Below, piece after piece: positions 30,001 through 42,521 of a stretch of 64,000 nt of DNA. Where the stretch lies: assembly GCA_964016885.1 (NCBI GenBank), contig OZ024743.1:55676001-55740000 (forward strand), given 5' to 3'. The number at the start of each line of letters is the position of its first letter. The stretch's first letter is position 1. The position numbers and the translations under genes were made by a program. The stretch comes from Eledone cirrhosa (lineage: Eukaryota). The notes under the pieces were generated by a model. The model made no database searches. It saw nothing but the letters and a program-made list of their open reading frames with translations, and was not told the origin of the DNA.

Positions 30001-33000
30001 TGTTGTTTGTGTTGAAGATGCTTTAGCTGAGTATGTCCTGGTGTTGTTGTTGTTGTTGATTGTGTTGATGATGCTTTAGCTGAGTATGTCCTGGTGTTGT
30101 TGCTGTTGTTGTTTGTGTTGATGATGCTTTAGCTGAGTATGTCCTGGTGTTGTTGCTGTTGTTGATTGTGTTGATGATGCTTTAGCTGAGTATGTCCTGG
30201 TGTTGTTGCTGTTGTTGTTTGTGTTGATGATGCTTTAGCTGAGTATGTCCTGGTGTTGTTGCTGTTGTTGTTTGTGTTGATGATGCTTTAGCTGAGTATG
30301 ACCTGGTGTTGTTGTTGTTGTTGTTTGTGTTGAAAATGCTTTAGCTGAGCATGTCCTGGTGTTGTTGCTGGTGTTTTTTGTGTTGATGATGCTTTAGCTG
30401 AGTATGTCCTGGTCTTGTTGATGTTGTTGATTGTGTTGATGATGCTTTAGCTGTGTATGTCCTGGTGTTGTTGCTGTTGTTGTTTGTGTTGATGATGCTT
30501 TAGCTGAGTATGTCCTGGTGTTGTTGCTGTTGTTGATTGTGTTGATGATGCTTTAGCTGAGTATGTCCTGGTGTTGTTGCTGTTGTTGTTTGTGTTGATG
30601 ATGCTTTAGCTGAGTATGTCCTGGTGTTGTTGCTGTTGTTGTTTGTGTTGATGATGCTTTAGCTGAGTATGTCCTGGTGTTGTTGCTGTTGTTGTTTGTG
30701 TTGATGATGCTTTAACTGAGTATGTCCTGGTGTTGTTGCTGTTGTTGTTTGTGTTGATGATGCTTTAGCTGAGTATGTCCTGGTGTTGTTGTTGTTGTTG
30801 TTTGTGTTGAAGATGCTTTAGCTGAGTATGTCCTGGTGTTGTTGCTGGTGTTGTTTGTGTTGATGATGCTTTAGCTGAGTATGTCCTGGTCTTGTTGATG
30901 TTGTTGATTGTGTTGATGATGCTTTAGATGTGTATGTCCTGGTGTTGTTGCTGTTGTTGTTTGTGTTGATGATGCTTTAGCTGAGTATGTCCTTGTGTTG
31001 TTGCTGTTGTTGATTGTGTTGATGATGCTTTAGCTGAGTATGTCCTGGTGTTGTTGCTGTTGTTGATTGTGTTGATGATGCTTTAGCTGAGTATGTCCTG
31101 GTGTTGTTGCTGTTGTTGTTTGTGTTGATGATGCTTTAGCTGAGTATGTCCTTGTGTTGTTGCTGTTGTTGATTGTGTTGATGATGCTTTAGCTGAGTAT
31201 GTCCTGGTGTTGTTGCTGTTGTTGATTGTGTTGATGATGCTTTAGCTGAGTATGTCCTGGTGTTGTTGCTGTTGTTGTTTGTGTTGATGATGCTTTAGCT
31301 GAGTATGTCCTGGTGTTGTTGTTGTTTGTGTTGATGATGCTTTAGCTAAGTATGTCCTGGTGTTGTTGCTGTTGTTGTTTGTGTTGATGATGCTTTAGCT
31401 GAGTATGTCCTGGTGTTGTTGATGTTGTTGATTGTGTTGATGATGCTTTAGCTGAGTATGTCCTGGTCTTGTTGCTGTTGTTGATTGTGTTGATGATGCT
31501 TTAGCTGAGTATGTGCTGGTGTTGTTGTTGATGTTGATTGTGTTGATGATGCTTTAGATGTGTATGTCCTGGTGTTGTTGCTGTTGTTGTTTGTGTTGAT
31601 GATGCTTTAGCTGAGTATGTCCTTGTGTTGTTGCTGTTGTTGATTGTGTTGATGATGCTTTAGCTGAGTATGTCCTGGTGTTGTTGCTGTTGTTGATTGT
31701 GTTGATGATGCTTTAGCTGAGTATGTCCTGGTGTTGTTGCTGTTGTTGTTTGTGTTGATGATGCTTTAGCTGAGTATGTCCTGGTGTTGTTGTTGTTTGT
31801 GTTGATGATGCTTTAGCTAAGTATGTCCTGGTGTTGTTGCTGTTGTTGTTTGTGTTGATGATGCTTTAGCTGAGTATGTCCTGGTGTTGTTGATGTTGTT
31901 GATTGTGTTGATGATGCTTTAGCTGAGTATGTCCTGGTCTTGTTGCTGTTGTTGATTGTGTTGATGATGCTTTAGCTGAGTATGTCCTGGTGTTGTTGCT
32001 GTTGTTGTTTGTGTTGATGATGCTTTAGCTGAGTATGTCCTGGTGTTGTTGTTGTTTGTGTTGATGATGCTTTAGCTAAGTATGTCCTGGTGTTGTTGCT
32101 GTTGTTGTTTGTGTTGATGATGCTTTAGCTGAGTATGTCCTGGTGTTGTTACTGTTGTTGTTTGTGTTGATGATGCTTTAGCTAAGTATGTCCTGGTGTT
32201 GTTGCTGTTGTTGATTGTGTTGATGATGCTTTAGCTGAGTATGTCCTGGTGTTGTTGCTGTTGTTGTTTGTGTTGATGATGCTTTAGCTGAGTATGTCCT
32301 GGTGTTGTTGTTGATGTTGTTGTTTGTGTTGATGATGCTTTAGCTGAGTATGTCCTGGTGTTGTTGCTGTTGTTGTTTGTGTTGATGATGCTTTAGCTGA
32401 ATATGTCCTGGTGTTGTTGTTGTTGTTGTTTGTGTTGATGATGCTTTAGCTGAGTATGTCCAGGAGTTGTTGCTGTTGTTGTTTGTGTTGATGATGCTTT
32501 AGCTGAGTATGTCCTGGTGTTGTTGTTGTTGTTGTTTGTGTTGATGATGCTTTAGCTGAGTATGTCCTGGTGTTGTTGCTGTTGTTGTTTGTGTTGATGA
32601 TGCTTTAGCTGAGTATGTCCTGGTGTTGTTGCTGTTGTTGTTTGTGTTGATGATGCTTTAGCTGAGTATGTCCTGGTGTTGTTGATGTTGTTGATTGTGT
32701 TGATGATGCTTTAGCTGAGTATGTCCTGGTGTTGTTGCTGTTGTTGTTTGTGTTGATGATGCTTTAGCTGAGTATGTGGTGGTGTTGTTGTTGTTGTTTG
32801 TGTAGATGATGCTTTAGCTGAGTATGTCCTGGTGTTGTTGATGTTGTTGTTTGTGTTGATGATGCTTTAGCTGAGTAAGTCCTGGTGTTGTTGTTGTTGT
32901 TGTTGTTGTTTGTGTTGATGATGCTTTAGCTGAGTATGTCCTGGTGTTGTTACTGTTGTTGTTTGTGTTGATGATGCTTTAGCTAAGTATGTCCTGGTGT

Positions 33001-35628
33001 TGTTGCTGTTGTTGTTTGTGTTGATGATGCTTTAGCTGAGTATGTCCTGGTGTTGTTGTTGATGTTGTTGTTTGTGTTGATGATGCTTTAGCTGAGTATG
33101 TCCTGGTGTTGTTGCTGTTGTTGTTTGTGTTGATGATGCTTTAGCTGAATATGTCCTGGTGTTGTTGTTGTTGTTGTTTGTGTTGATGATGCTTTAGCTG
33201 AGTATGTCCAGGAGTTGTTGCTGTTGTTGTTTGTGTTGATGATGCTTTAGCTGAGTATGTCCTGGTGTTGTTGCTGTTGTTGTTTGTGTTGATGATGCTT
33301 TAGCTGAGTATGTCCTGGTGTTGTTGCTGTTGTTGTTTGTGTTGATGATGCTTTAGCTGAGTATGTCCTGGTGTTGTTGATGTTGTTGATTGTGTTGATG
33401 ATGCTTTAGCTGAGTATGTCCTGGTGTTGTTGCTGTTGTTGTTTGTGTTGATGATGCTTTAGCTGAGTATGTGGTGGTGTTGTTGTTGTTGTTTGTGTAG
33501 ATGATGCTTTAGCTGAGTATGTCCTGGTGTTGTTGATGTTGTTGTTTGTGTTGATGATGCTTTAGCTGAGTAAGTCCTGGTGTTGTTGTTGTTGTTGTTG
33601 TTGTTTGTGTTGATGATGCTTTAGCTGAGTATGTCCTGGTGTTGTTGCTGTTGTTGTTTGTGTTGATGATGCTTTAGCTGAGTATGTCCTGGTGTTGTTG
33701 CTGTTGTTGATTGTGTTGATGATGCTTTAGCTGAGTATGTCCTGGTGTTGTTGTTGTTGTTGTTTGTGTTGAAGATGCTTTAGCTGAGTATGTCCTGGTG
33801 TTGTTGCTGTTGTTGTTTGTGTTGATGATGCTTTAGCTGAGTATGTCCTGGTGTTGTTGTTGTTGTTGTTTGTGTTGATGATGCTTTAGCTAAGTATGTC
33901 CTGGTGTTGTTGCTGTTGTTGTTTGTGTTGATGATGCTTTAGCTGAGTATGTCCTGGTGTTGTTACTGTTGTTGTTTGTGTTGATGATGCTTTAGCTGAG
34001 TATGTCCTGGTGTTGTTGCTGTTGTTGATTGTGTTGATGATGCTTTAGCTGAGTATGTCCTGGTGTTGTTGCTGGTGTTGTTTGTGTTGATGATGCTTTA
34101 GCTGAGTATGTCCTGGTGTTGTTGCTGTTGTTGATTGTGTTGATGATGCTTTAGCTAAGTATGTCCTGGTGTTGTTGCTGTTGTTTGTGTTGATGATGCT
34201 TTAGCTGAGTATGTCCTGGTGTTGTTGCTGTTGTTGTTTGTGTTGATGATGCTTTAGCTGAGTATGTCCTGGTGTTGTTGCTGGTGTTGTTTGTGTTGAT
34301 GATGCTTTAGCTGAGTATGTCCTGGTGTTGTTGCTGTTGTTGATTGTGTTGATGATGCTTTAGCTGAGTATGTCCTGGTGTTGTTGCTGTTGTTGTTTGT
34401 GTTGATGATGCTTTAGCTGAGTATGTCCTGGTGTTGTTGCTGTTGTTGTTTGTGTTGATGATGCTTTAGCTGAGTATGTCCTGGTGTTGTTGCTGTTGTT
34501 GATTGTGTTGATGATGCTTTAGCTGAGTATGTCCTGGTGTTGTTGCTGTTGTTGATTGTGTTGATGATGCTTTAGCTGAGTATGTCCTGGTGTTGTTGCT
34601 GTTGTTGTTTGTGTTGATGATGCTTTAGCTGAGTACGTCCTGGTGTTGTTGCTGTTGTTGATTGTGTTGATGATGCTTTAGCTGAGTATGTCCTGGTGTT
34701 GTTGCTGGTGTTGTTTGTGTTGATGATGCTTTAGCTGAGTATGTCCTGGTGTTGTTGCTGTTGTTGATTGTGTTGATGATGCTTTAGCTGAGTATGTCCT
34801 GGTGTTGTTGCTGTTGTTGATTGTGTTGATGATGCTTTAGCTGAGTATGTCCTGGTGTTGTTGCTGTTGTTGTTTGTGTTGATGATGCTTTAGCTGAGTA
34901 CGTCCTGGTGTTGTTGCTGTTGTTGTTTGTGTTGATGATGCTTTAGCTGAGTATGTCCTGGTGTTGTTGCATTTGTTGTTTGTGTTGATGATGCTTTAGT
35001 TAAGTATATCCTGGTGTTGTTGCTGTTGTTGTTTGTGTTGATGATGCTTTAGCTGAGTATGTCCTGGTGTTGTTGCTGTTGTTGTTTGTGTTGATTATTC
35101 TTTAGCTGAATATGTCCTGGTGTTGTTGCTGTTGTTGTTTGTGTTGATGATGCTTTAGCTGAGTATGTCCTGGTGTTGTTGCTGTTGTTGTTTGTGTTGA
35201 TGATGCTTTAGCTGAGTATGTCCTGGTGTTGTTGCTGTTGTTGTTTGTGTTGATGATTCTTTAGCTGAGTATGTCCTGGGGTTGTTGCTGTTGTTGTTTG
35301 TGTTGATGATGCTTTAGCTGAGTATGTCTAGTGTTGTTGCTGTTGTTGATTGTGTTGATGATGCTTTAGCTGAGTATGTCCTGGTGTTGTTGCTGTTATT
35401 GTTTGTGTTGATGATGCTTTAGCTGAGTATGTCCTGGTGTTGTTGCTGTTGTTGATTGTGTTGATTATGCTTTAGCTGAGTATGTCCTGGTGTTGTTGAT
35501 GTTGTTGATTGTGTTGATGATGCTTTAGCTGAGTATGTCCTGGTGTTGTTGCTGTTGTTGTTTGTGTTGATGATGCTTTAGCTGAGTATGTCCTGGTGTT
35601 GTTGTTGTTGTTGATTGTGTTGATGATG
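1..35628. repeat. 53-bp tandem satellite array (~670 monomers; continues beyond the window start)
   Basis: Consensus GTGTTGATGATGCTTTAGCTGAGTATGTCCTGGTGTTGTTGCTGTTGTTGTTT, period 53 (CTTTAGCTGA at 21, 74, ...). Variants are mostly single substitutions or +/-3 nt in the GTT tract. Confidence 0.98.
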
Positions 35629-37857
35629 CTGTTGCTGTTGCTGCTGTTGCTGCTGTTGTTCATGTTTTTGTTGTTGTGATGGTGATGGTGGTGATGGTGG
35701 TTGATAGTGGTGGTGGTGGTGTTGATGCTATTGTTGTTGCTGCTGTTGTTGCTATTGTTGTTGTTCCTGGAGGTGGTGGTGCTGTAGTTATTGTTGTTGG
35801 TGGTGCTGCTGTTTTGTTGTTGTTGTTGTTGTTGTTGGAGGTGGTGCTGTTGTTGTTATTGTTGTTGGTGGTGCTGCTGTTTTGTTGTTGTTGTTGTTGT
35901 TGTTGTTGAAGGTGGTGGTGCTGTTCTTATTGTTGTTGGTGGTGGTGCTGCTGTTTTGTTGTTGTTGTTGTTGGAGCTGGTGGTGGTACTGTTGTTATTG
36001 TTGTTGGTGGTGGTGCTGTTTTGTTGTTGTTGTTGGAGGTGGTGGTGGTGCTGTTGTTATTGTTGTTGGTGGTGCTGTTTTGTTGTTGTTGTTGTTGGAG
36101 GTGGTGGTGCTGTTGTTATTGTTGTTGGTGGTGTTGCTGTTTTGTTGTTGTTGTTGTTGGAGGTGGTGGTGCTGTTGTTATTGTTGTTGGTGCTGCTGTT
36201 TTGTTGTTGTTGTTGTTGTTGTTGGAGGTGGTGGTTCTGTTGTTATTGTTGTTGTTATTGTTGGGGGAAGTTGGTGCTGTTGTTATTGTTGTTGTTGGTG
36301 TTGCAGTTCTGTTGTTGTTGTTGTTGTTGTTATTGTTGGGGGTGTTTGTGCTGTTGTTATTGTTGTTGTTGGTGTTGCAGTTTTGTTGTTGTTGTTGTTG
36401 TTGTTGTTGTTGGAGGTGGTGGTTCTGTTGTTATTGTTGTTGGTGGTGCTACTGTTTTGTTGTTGTTTTTGTTGTTGTTGTTGTTGTTGTTGTTGTTGGG
36501 GGTGTTGGTGCTGCTGTTTTGTTGTTGTTCTTGTTGGAGGTGGTGGTTCTGTTGTTATTGCTGTTGTTGGTGCTGCTGTTTTGTTGTTGTTGTTGTTGTT
36601 ATTGTTGGGGGTGTTGGTGCTGCGTTTTGTTGTTGTTGTTGTTGTTGTTGGAGGTGGTGATTCTGTTGTTGTTGTTGTTGCTGGTGTTGCTGTTTTGATG
36701 TTGTTGTTGTTGTTGGGGTGTTGGTGCTGCTGTTTTGTTGTTATTGTTGTTGTTGGAGGTGGTGGTGCTGTTGTTATTGTTGTTGTTGGTGTTGCTGTTT
36801 TGTTGTTGTTGTTGTTGCTGTTGTTGTTGGAGGTGGTGGTGCTGTTGTTATTGTTGTTGTTGGTGTTGTAGTTTTGTTGTTGTTGTTGGTGGTGGTGGTG
36901 GTGGTGGTGGTGCTGTTGTTATTGTTGTTGTTGGTGTTGCTGTTTTGTTGTTTTTGTTGTTGTTGGAGGTGGTGGTGCTGTTGTTATTGTTGTTGTTGGT
37001 GTTGTAGTTTTGTTGTTGTTGTTGGTGGTGGTGGTGGTGCTGTTGTTATTGTTGTTGTTGGTGTTGCTGTTTTGTTGTTGTTGTTGTTGTTGTTGTTGGA
37101 GGTGGTGGTGCTGTTGTTATAATTGTTGTTGGTGTTGCTGTTTTGTTGTTGTTGTTGGTGGTGGTGGTGGTGCTGTTGTTATTGTTGTTGGTGATGCTGT
37201 TTTGTTGTCGTTGTTGTTGTTGTTGTTGTTGGAGGTGGTGGTTCTGTTGTTATTGTTGTTGGTGGTGCTACTGTTTTATTGTTGTTGTTGTTGGGGGTGT
37301 TGGTGCTGTTGTTATTGTTGTTGTTGGTGTTGCTGTTTTGTTGTTTTTGTTGTTGGTGGTGGTGGTGCTGTTGTTATTGTTGTTGGTGATGCTGTTTTGT
37401 TGTTGTTGTTGTTGTTGTTGTTGGAGGTGGTGGTGCTGTTGTTATAATTGTTGTTGGTGTTGCTGTTTTGTTGTTGTTGTTGGTGGTGGTGGTGGTGCTG
37501 TTGTTATTGTTGTTGGTGATGCTGTTTTGTTGTCGTTGTTGTTGTTGTTGTTGTTGGAGGTGGTGGTTCTGTTGTTATTGTTGTTGGTGGTGCTACTGTT
37601 TTATTGTTGTTGTTGTTGGGGGTGTTGGTGCTGTTGTTATTGTTGTTGTTGGTGTTGCTGTTTTGTTGTTTTTGTTGTTGGTGGTGGTGGTGCTGTTGTT
37701 ATTGTTGTTGGTGATGCTGTTTTGTTGTTGTTGTTGTTGGTGGTGGTGGTGCTGTTGTTATTGTTGTTGGTGATGCTGTTTTGTTGTTGTTGTTGTTGTT
37801 GTTGGAGGTGGTGGTGCTGTTGTTATTGTTGTTGGTGGTGTTGCTGTTTTGTTGTTG
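35629..37857. repeat. GGT/GTT-rich degenerate minisatellite (~50-60 bp unit) with a 325-bp internal duplication
   Basis: Recurring unit GGAGGTGGTGGTGCTGTTGTTATTGTTGTTGGTG...GCTGTTTTGTTGTTG. The rare variant TATAATTG recurs 325 bp apart (AATT at 37121 and 37446). Confidence 0.93.
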
Positions 37858-38439
37858 TCCACTTCACTTCATCAGAAGAAACACTCTGGTACTTACACAC
37901 TTCAGGAATGAAGTACCAGAAAAAGTTATATATGTTTCTTGGAATGATAATAATGCATTGTTACTTGGTTTATTGTTTCTTTGAAAACTGACGTGTATAC
38001 TGAGACCCTAGCTGCACATCACTAACTTTAAAAGGTGCTCATGCAACGCAACACTAAATATCTCCACTACTATTAACTTTAAAATGTGTATACCGACTGC
38101 GTTCCCGCAACACAACGCCAAAAAACGGTTTTTATTTATCTTACAACCAGGCTTCTAAGCTTCATTCTTTAACAGTTTGATGACTCTACCAGTAGTTAAC
38201 TCAAATACAATCAGGTTTTAAGCCCCCAACATACACCAGGGAAATTAAGATCACTTCGTACTTCATTCAAGCATTTAATCTCATCCTGGATGGATTAATT
38301 TCCTCGGTTGGTGCACTTCCCGCCTTCTTTACCATGGATAATTTCATGGCCATTTCTAGATCGCAATAATCACGTGCCAGGGCTACGACATTATTGATGC
38401 TTATCTGCCTAACGAAATTGACAACATCCTCCTCCTCTG

Positions 38440-38646
38440 AGAGTACAAGACTTCCCCTGGACGCCAGTCCATCGTAGGGTTAAACCCCAGCTATTGCTGG
38501 CACTTATTTTCAAGTGAGTATACTGGAGCAACGTCAAATGAAGTGTTTTGCTCAAGAACACAACACGCAACGCAGCCCTGGAATTGAACCCATGACATAA
38601 CGATCGTAAGTCCAACACTCTTACCACTAGGCCACGTGCCTTTCCG
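38440..38646 (-). mobile_element. tRNA-derived SINE
   Basis: Minus strand: A box TGGCCTAGTGG, B box GGTTCAATTCC, then the SINE body motif TGTGTTCTTGAGCAAAACACT and CCCTACGATGGACTGGCG. Confidence 0.8.
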
Positions 38647-38664
38647 TTGCATTACTAGTATTTT

Positions 38665-38742
38665 ATTTAAACGACCCCATAAGGATAAAAGGCAAACCTA
38701 ACCTCAAAAGGATTTGAACTCAGAACGTAAAGGGGCGTAACT
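38665..38742 (-). mobile_element. SINE fragment, same family as 53958-54313
   Basis: AAGGATAAAAGGCAAA...GGATTTGAACTCAGAACGTAAAGGGGCGTAA matches the copies near 54015-54075. Confidence 0.6.
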
Positions 38743-39321
38743 ATATTGATTTATTTAATAAAAATATAATTGTTTCTTGCAACCGTTCTAGTCCGCATAA
38801 TTTGATGATTTATTTATGTAAAAGGCTGTGTTTCAGACTAAATAAATCAAAACATTTTTCCATGTAGAATGGCGTATTTAATTTAGAACTAAATCAACTA
38901 CAAACATACAAAATAAGAATTATAATGTTTTAGAGATTACCCTGCCTCGAAACCATGACATAAAATGCAAGGCGTGCTGTGATGTGTATGCTAATAGTGT
39001 CAGAGAGTGCAATGCTTTTCTGTACTAATAGTCTGGCAAAAGCATTATATTAAAAAATACAAACATTCGGCTACTGTGACCTGTTGTAATCTATGTTTTT
39101 GAATTTACTATTATATGACAGTAAATTACGGCCAGAATATAATGTGATACTTCAAGAGCAGTATTATTATAAGGAAAATTAGCAATACAGGGATAGATAA
39201 AAAGACTCAAAGTGAAATAAAGAGAAGGGTGAGTAAACGCTTAAGAATAGGTGAATTAAAGTATGAAAGGAGGTCATAGATGGAGTGAAAGAGAAATAGG
39301 GAGATAGTGGGAGTGAGCGCT

Positions 39322-39510
39322 GAGGAGGAGGAGGAGGAGGAGGAGGAGGGGGAGGAGGAGGAGGAGGGGAGGAGGGTAGGAGGGGGAGGAGGAGGGGGGG
39401 AGAAGAAGAAGAAGAAGAAGAAGAAGAAGAAGAAGAAGAAGAAGAAGAAGAAGAAGAAGAAGAAGAAGAAGAAGAAGAAGAAGAAGAAGAAGAAGAAGAA
39501 GAAGAAGAAG

Positions 39511-39540
<30 letters not shown>
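39322..39540. repeat. Polypurine tract: GGA/G-rich run followed by pure (GAA)n, ~46 units
   Basis: Directly visible; the pure GAA run spans ~39402-39540. Confidence 0.97.
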
Positions 39541-39541
<1 letters not shown>

Positions 39542-39944
39542 TCTAAAATAGATAGATAAAATAAATAGACAAATAAACACAGGAAAGATAAATAGAATAA
39601 TTTGACTGAAGCCATAAATAAAAAGAGTTTGCAGAGTAAAATAGTGAGATGATTAGAAAGATAGAAAAAAATATTTCTGATTTCATAAGAAATTGTAAGG
39701 AAAATAGAAACGCTTGATGAATATATAACATTCCAGATGTTGAAAAGTGAGATATGCCGCCATGTTGAAAATGAGAGTATGAGTGAGATATGCCGTCATG
39801 TTGTAAACAACAGTTGAAAGAGAAGAATATTACTAACATTTTATTAGAGTTTTTAACGTGATTTATTTACCTATATTATCCTCCTTTCTTGTATTATCAA
39901 GTGTCGTTATAAAGAGCAAACTACGTCGTTATATAAAAAGAAGG

Positions 39945-40070
39945 AAATGGCGTCGGATTAAAAATGTCTCGCTATTTGTTCCAGCTCACTGCTCTCTGAG
40001 ATCAACTTCGTCTTTCATCTTTTCGGAGTCGATAAATAAAGTATTAGTCTAGTACTGGTGTCGGTTACTC
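39945..40070 (+). mobile_element. Degenerate SINE fragment (53958-54313 family, opposite strand)
   Basis: TCAACTTCGTCTTTCATCTTTTCGGAGTCGATAAATAAAGTA resembles the reverse complement of 53990-54045. Confidence 0.5.
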
Positions 40071-40717
40071 ATCTCTCTGTCTTTATCACTTCTCTCTGAC
40101 TGTCTCTCTCCTCTCTCTGACTCTCTCTCCCTCCCTCTCTCTCTCTCCCTCCTCCCCTCTCTCTCCCTCTCCCTCTCTTCCTCTCTTTCTCTGGAAAAAA
40201 CCGGCTGTGCTCAGACCTGGTGAGGAATGAACTCTCCCAGGTTTAAGAAGCCAAAGATACACCATGTTTAAAGATGGCGTCCCTACGATACGAACAAAAC
40301 ATAGGGGACGCTTCCATTTCCTTCCAGTAAATAGATAGGTGAGACAGTAATAAATGTTCTCTTTATACATCAGTTATTGTCATGTTCCTACATATTGCCA
40401 CCATCTTCGACTCCTCGATCGCATCCACCAGCGCAGCCTCCACGCCATCCTCAATATCTACTACAGAGACTTTGTCACGAATGTTGGTGTTCCAAATACG
40501 CTAAGACTTTAGTTACTCTAAATTGTTCTGGTAAAATGAAAAATAGACGAGAGGAACAAAGCCTTAAGCCCATAAAAACTGGTTAACTGCTAAATTTCAA
40601 GTCAGTTTCAGTGGAAATATGTAAACAACCTGGTCGCAGACAGTGCGACGAAAATTTTCACATAACACAAATGATAAATGTAATAGTTTTTCCAATTAAT
40701 AAAATGACTTTTCCATG

Positions 40718-40721
<4 letters not shown>

Positions 40722-40806
<85 letters not shown>
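40722..40806. repeat. (TA)n microsatellite, representative of many TA/CA/TATG tracts from 43.2 to 63.4 kb
   Basis: Directly visible. Confidence 0.97.
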
Positions 40807-40809
<3 letters not shown>

Positions 40810-42148
40810 GTGCTATTATTACAAATCTTTGGAAATTAGATCTTATACCCAGCTGCAATGCAATTTAACACCTTATCCTTTGAAGCATAAATATATTTCT
40901 ATCTTTTGCTTTTTAACTCTCCCCCTTTACATTAAATGTTCACCCCGCTCGTTAACTTGTATTTATGTCACGTGATAGGTAAAGTTCAGTCGAATGTAAC
41001 GGCAGAGAAGCTGAAGAAAGTATTTTAAAAAAGCGCTGACTGAGATATTGTTAATGTAAAGGAATGTTTCATGAAACTAACACGTGTATTCGATATATTA
41101 GAGTGAGGAAAAGGCAGGCTGTTTTCAGTACATTTCATGACAGGTATATATACGAGCTTTATAATGGCGTAATGTGCTTCTTAAAATATCACTTGATAAC
41201 ACATAAAAAACGGTTAATATATTATTCCGTGTTGGACCTCCGTTGATTCTTATGACGAGCATACCAATTCATTTGATCAAACGGAAACTCTGCTCGGGAA
41301 ATTACTCTTAACGTAATACTCAGTGAGATTCATTGTAACACAGATGAATGGAATTGAGCAACGGTAATTAAAATGTCTTGCGTATTTCGCAAGACAGTTA
41401 CTCTCAGGTCCCAAATAATAGATGTAGGGGTCAGCAATCTTTCTTGGTTGTCTCCGTTGACTTTTTAAAAACCAGAATTAATCGTTTAGCTTATATATTG
41501 AAGCTCCAGTCCATCCTATTTATTTTATAACGTATGGTATTTCTAGTAATGCACGTTATTTTTTTTTTTTTTTTTTGTCATGTATAATGATTTTTTAATG
41601 TATAAAGAAAATTAATTGTCGCAGGAATGCTACCACTTAAAATAAAATTTCGGCGAAGATAGATTAGCAAACGAGACTCGGGCGTATATAAAAGCAAGCT
41701 TTTTAATGGCGTGCTTTGCTACTTAAAACAACATATAAAATAAAAAGAAACATTATATATAATGCTCAATAAATTAAAATGTAAGTGGCAGAACATTCCA
41801 CAGATACCTATACCCTCAACGTAGTCCACGGGGAGATTTTTTGTGAGAAAGTTGGTCCTTTGAAATAAAGGTACAACTCATGTTTGCCGATAGAATGGAC
41901 TGAAACAACTGGAAATAAAGTAGTTTACGCAATGAGGCACCCTTATTATTAAGCCATGCGCATTCTGTTAATGTAAAGTAAAGTTTGGTGTAATAAGCAC
42001 ATATATTAGGATGAGAAAATGGCAAGCTGTTTTCCACATATTCTATGACAGGTATATTAACATACGAGCTTTAAAATGGCGTAGTTGATCTTTAAAAGAA
42101 CACAAGAAGGAAAAATAATATATTATACCACTATAAACTTTATAAAAA

Positions 42149-42350
42149 CGCGTGGCTTAACGGTTAAGGTGTTTGGCTCACGATTGGAATTTCGTTTCCC
42201 GGTGGTTTATGTCCTTGAGCAATTTATTTTAATACCCGTTTCTCCAGTCCAGTCAACTAGAAATAAATAAGTCATACCTGTAATTCAAATGGCCAGCCAC
42301 ATCAAACAGTGTGTCAAACTGAATTTTCCCGAGAAGTACATTAAGACTAC
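42149..42350 (+). mobile_element. Degenerate tRNA-derived SINE
   Basis: A-box-like GTGGCTTAACGGTTAAG, then TGTCCTTGAGCA and CTCCAGTCCAGTCAACT body motifs. Confidence 0.55.
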
Positions 42351-42521
42351 AGGTTCAATCCCAAGTGATTGCTGCTACAGGTATTATTTTCAGCTGTGTT
42401 GACCGGTGCAACAGGGAATGAAGTCTGTTGGTTAAAAACACATGCCAACCGGTCGAGAGGTCAATCCTATGATGTTATGATTGTAAGAACATCTACCTAA
42501 GCACTAAGCCGCGCGGCTTCA
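42351..42521 (-). mobile_element. Degenerate tRNA-derived SINE, tail-to-tail with the previous copy
   Basis: Minus strand begins GAAGCCGCGCGGCTTAGTGCTTAGG (A-box-like). Confidence 0.45.

Noticed and set aside
1-35628. Satellite as a CRISPR array or a repetitive (mucin-like) CDS
   Set aside because: No unique spacers and no cas genes; the 53-bp period is not a multiple of 3 and the monomers contain stop codons.
35472-37991. Long Leu/Val/Cys-rich ORFs
   Set aside because: Stop-free by-products of the GTT/GGT repeat, open in all three frames.
38570-38646. tRNA gene
   Set aside because: A and B boxes run straight into SINE body sequence; no acceptor stem or terminator.
39179-39615. Poly-Ser, poly-Leu and poly-Lys ORFs
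   Set aside because: Translations of the (GAA)n tract.
41424-41450. hAT-like terminus TAGGGGTCAGCAATCTTT
   Set aside because: Too short; no partner TIR or 8-bp target duplication found.
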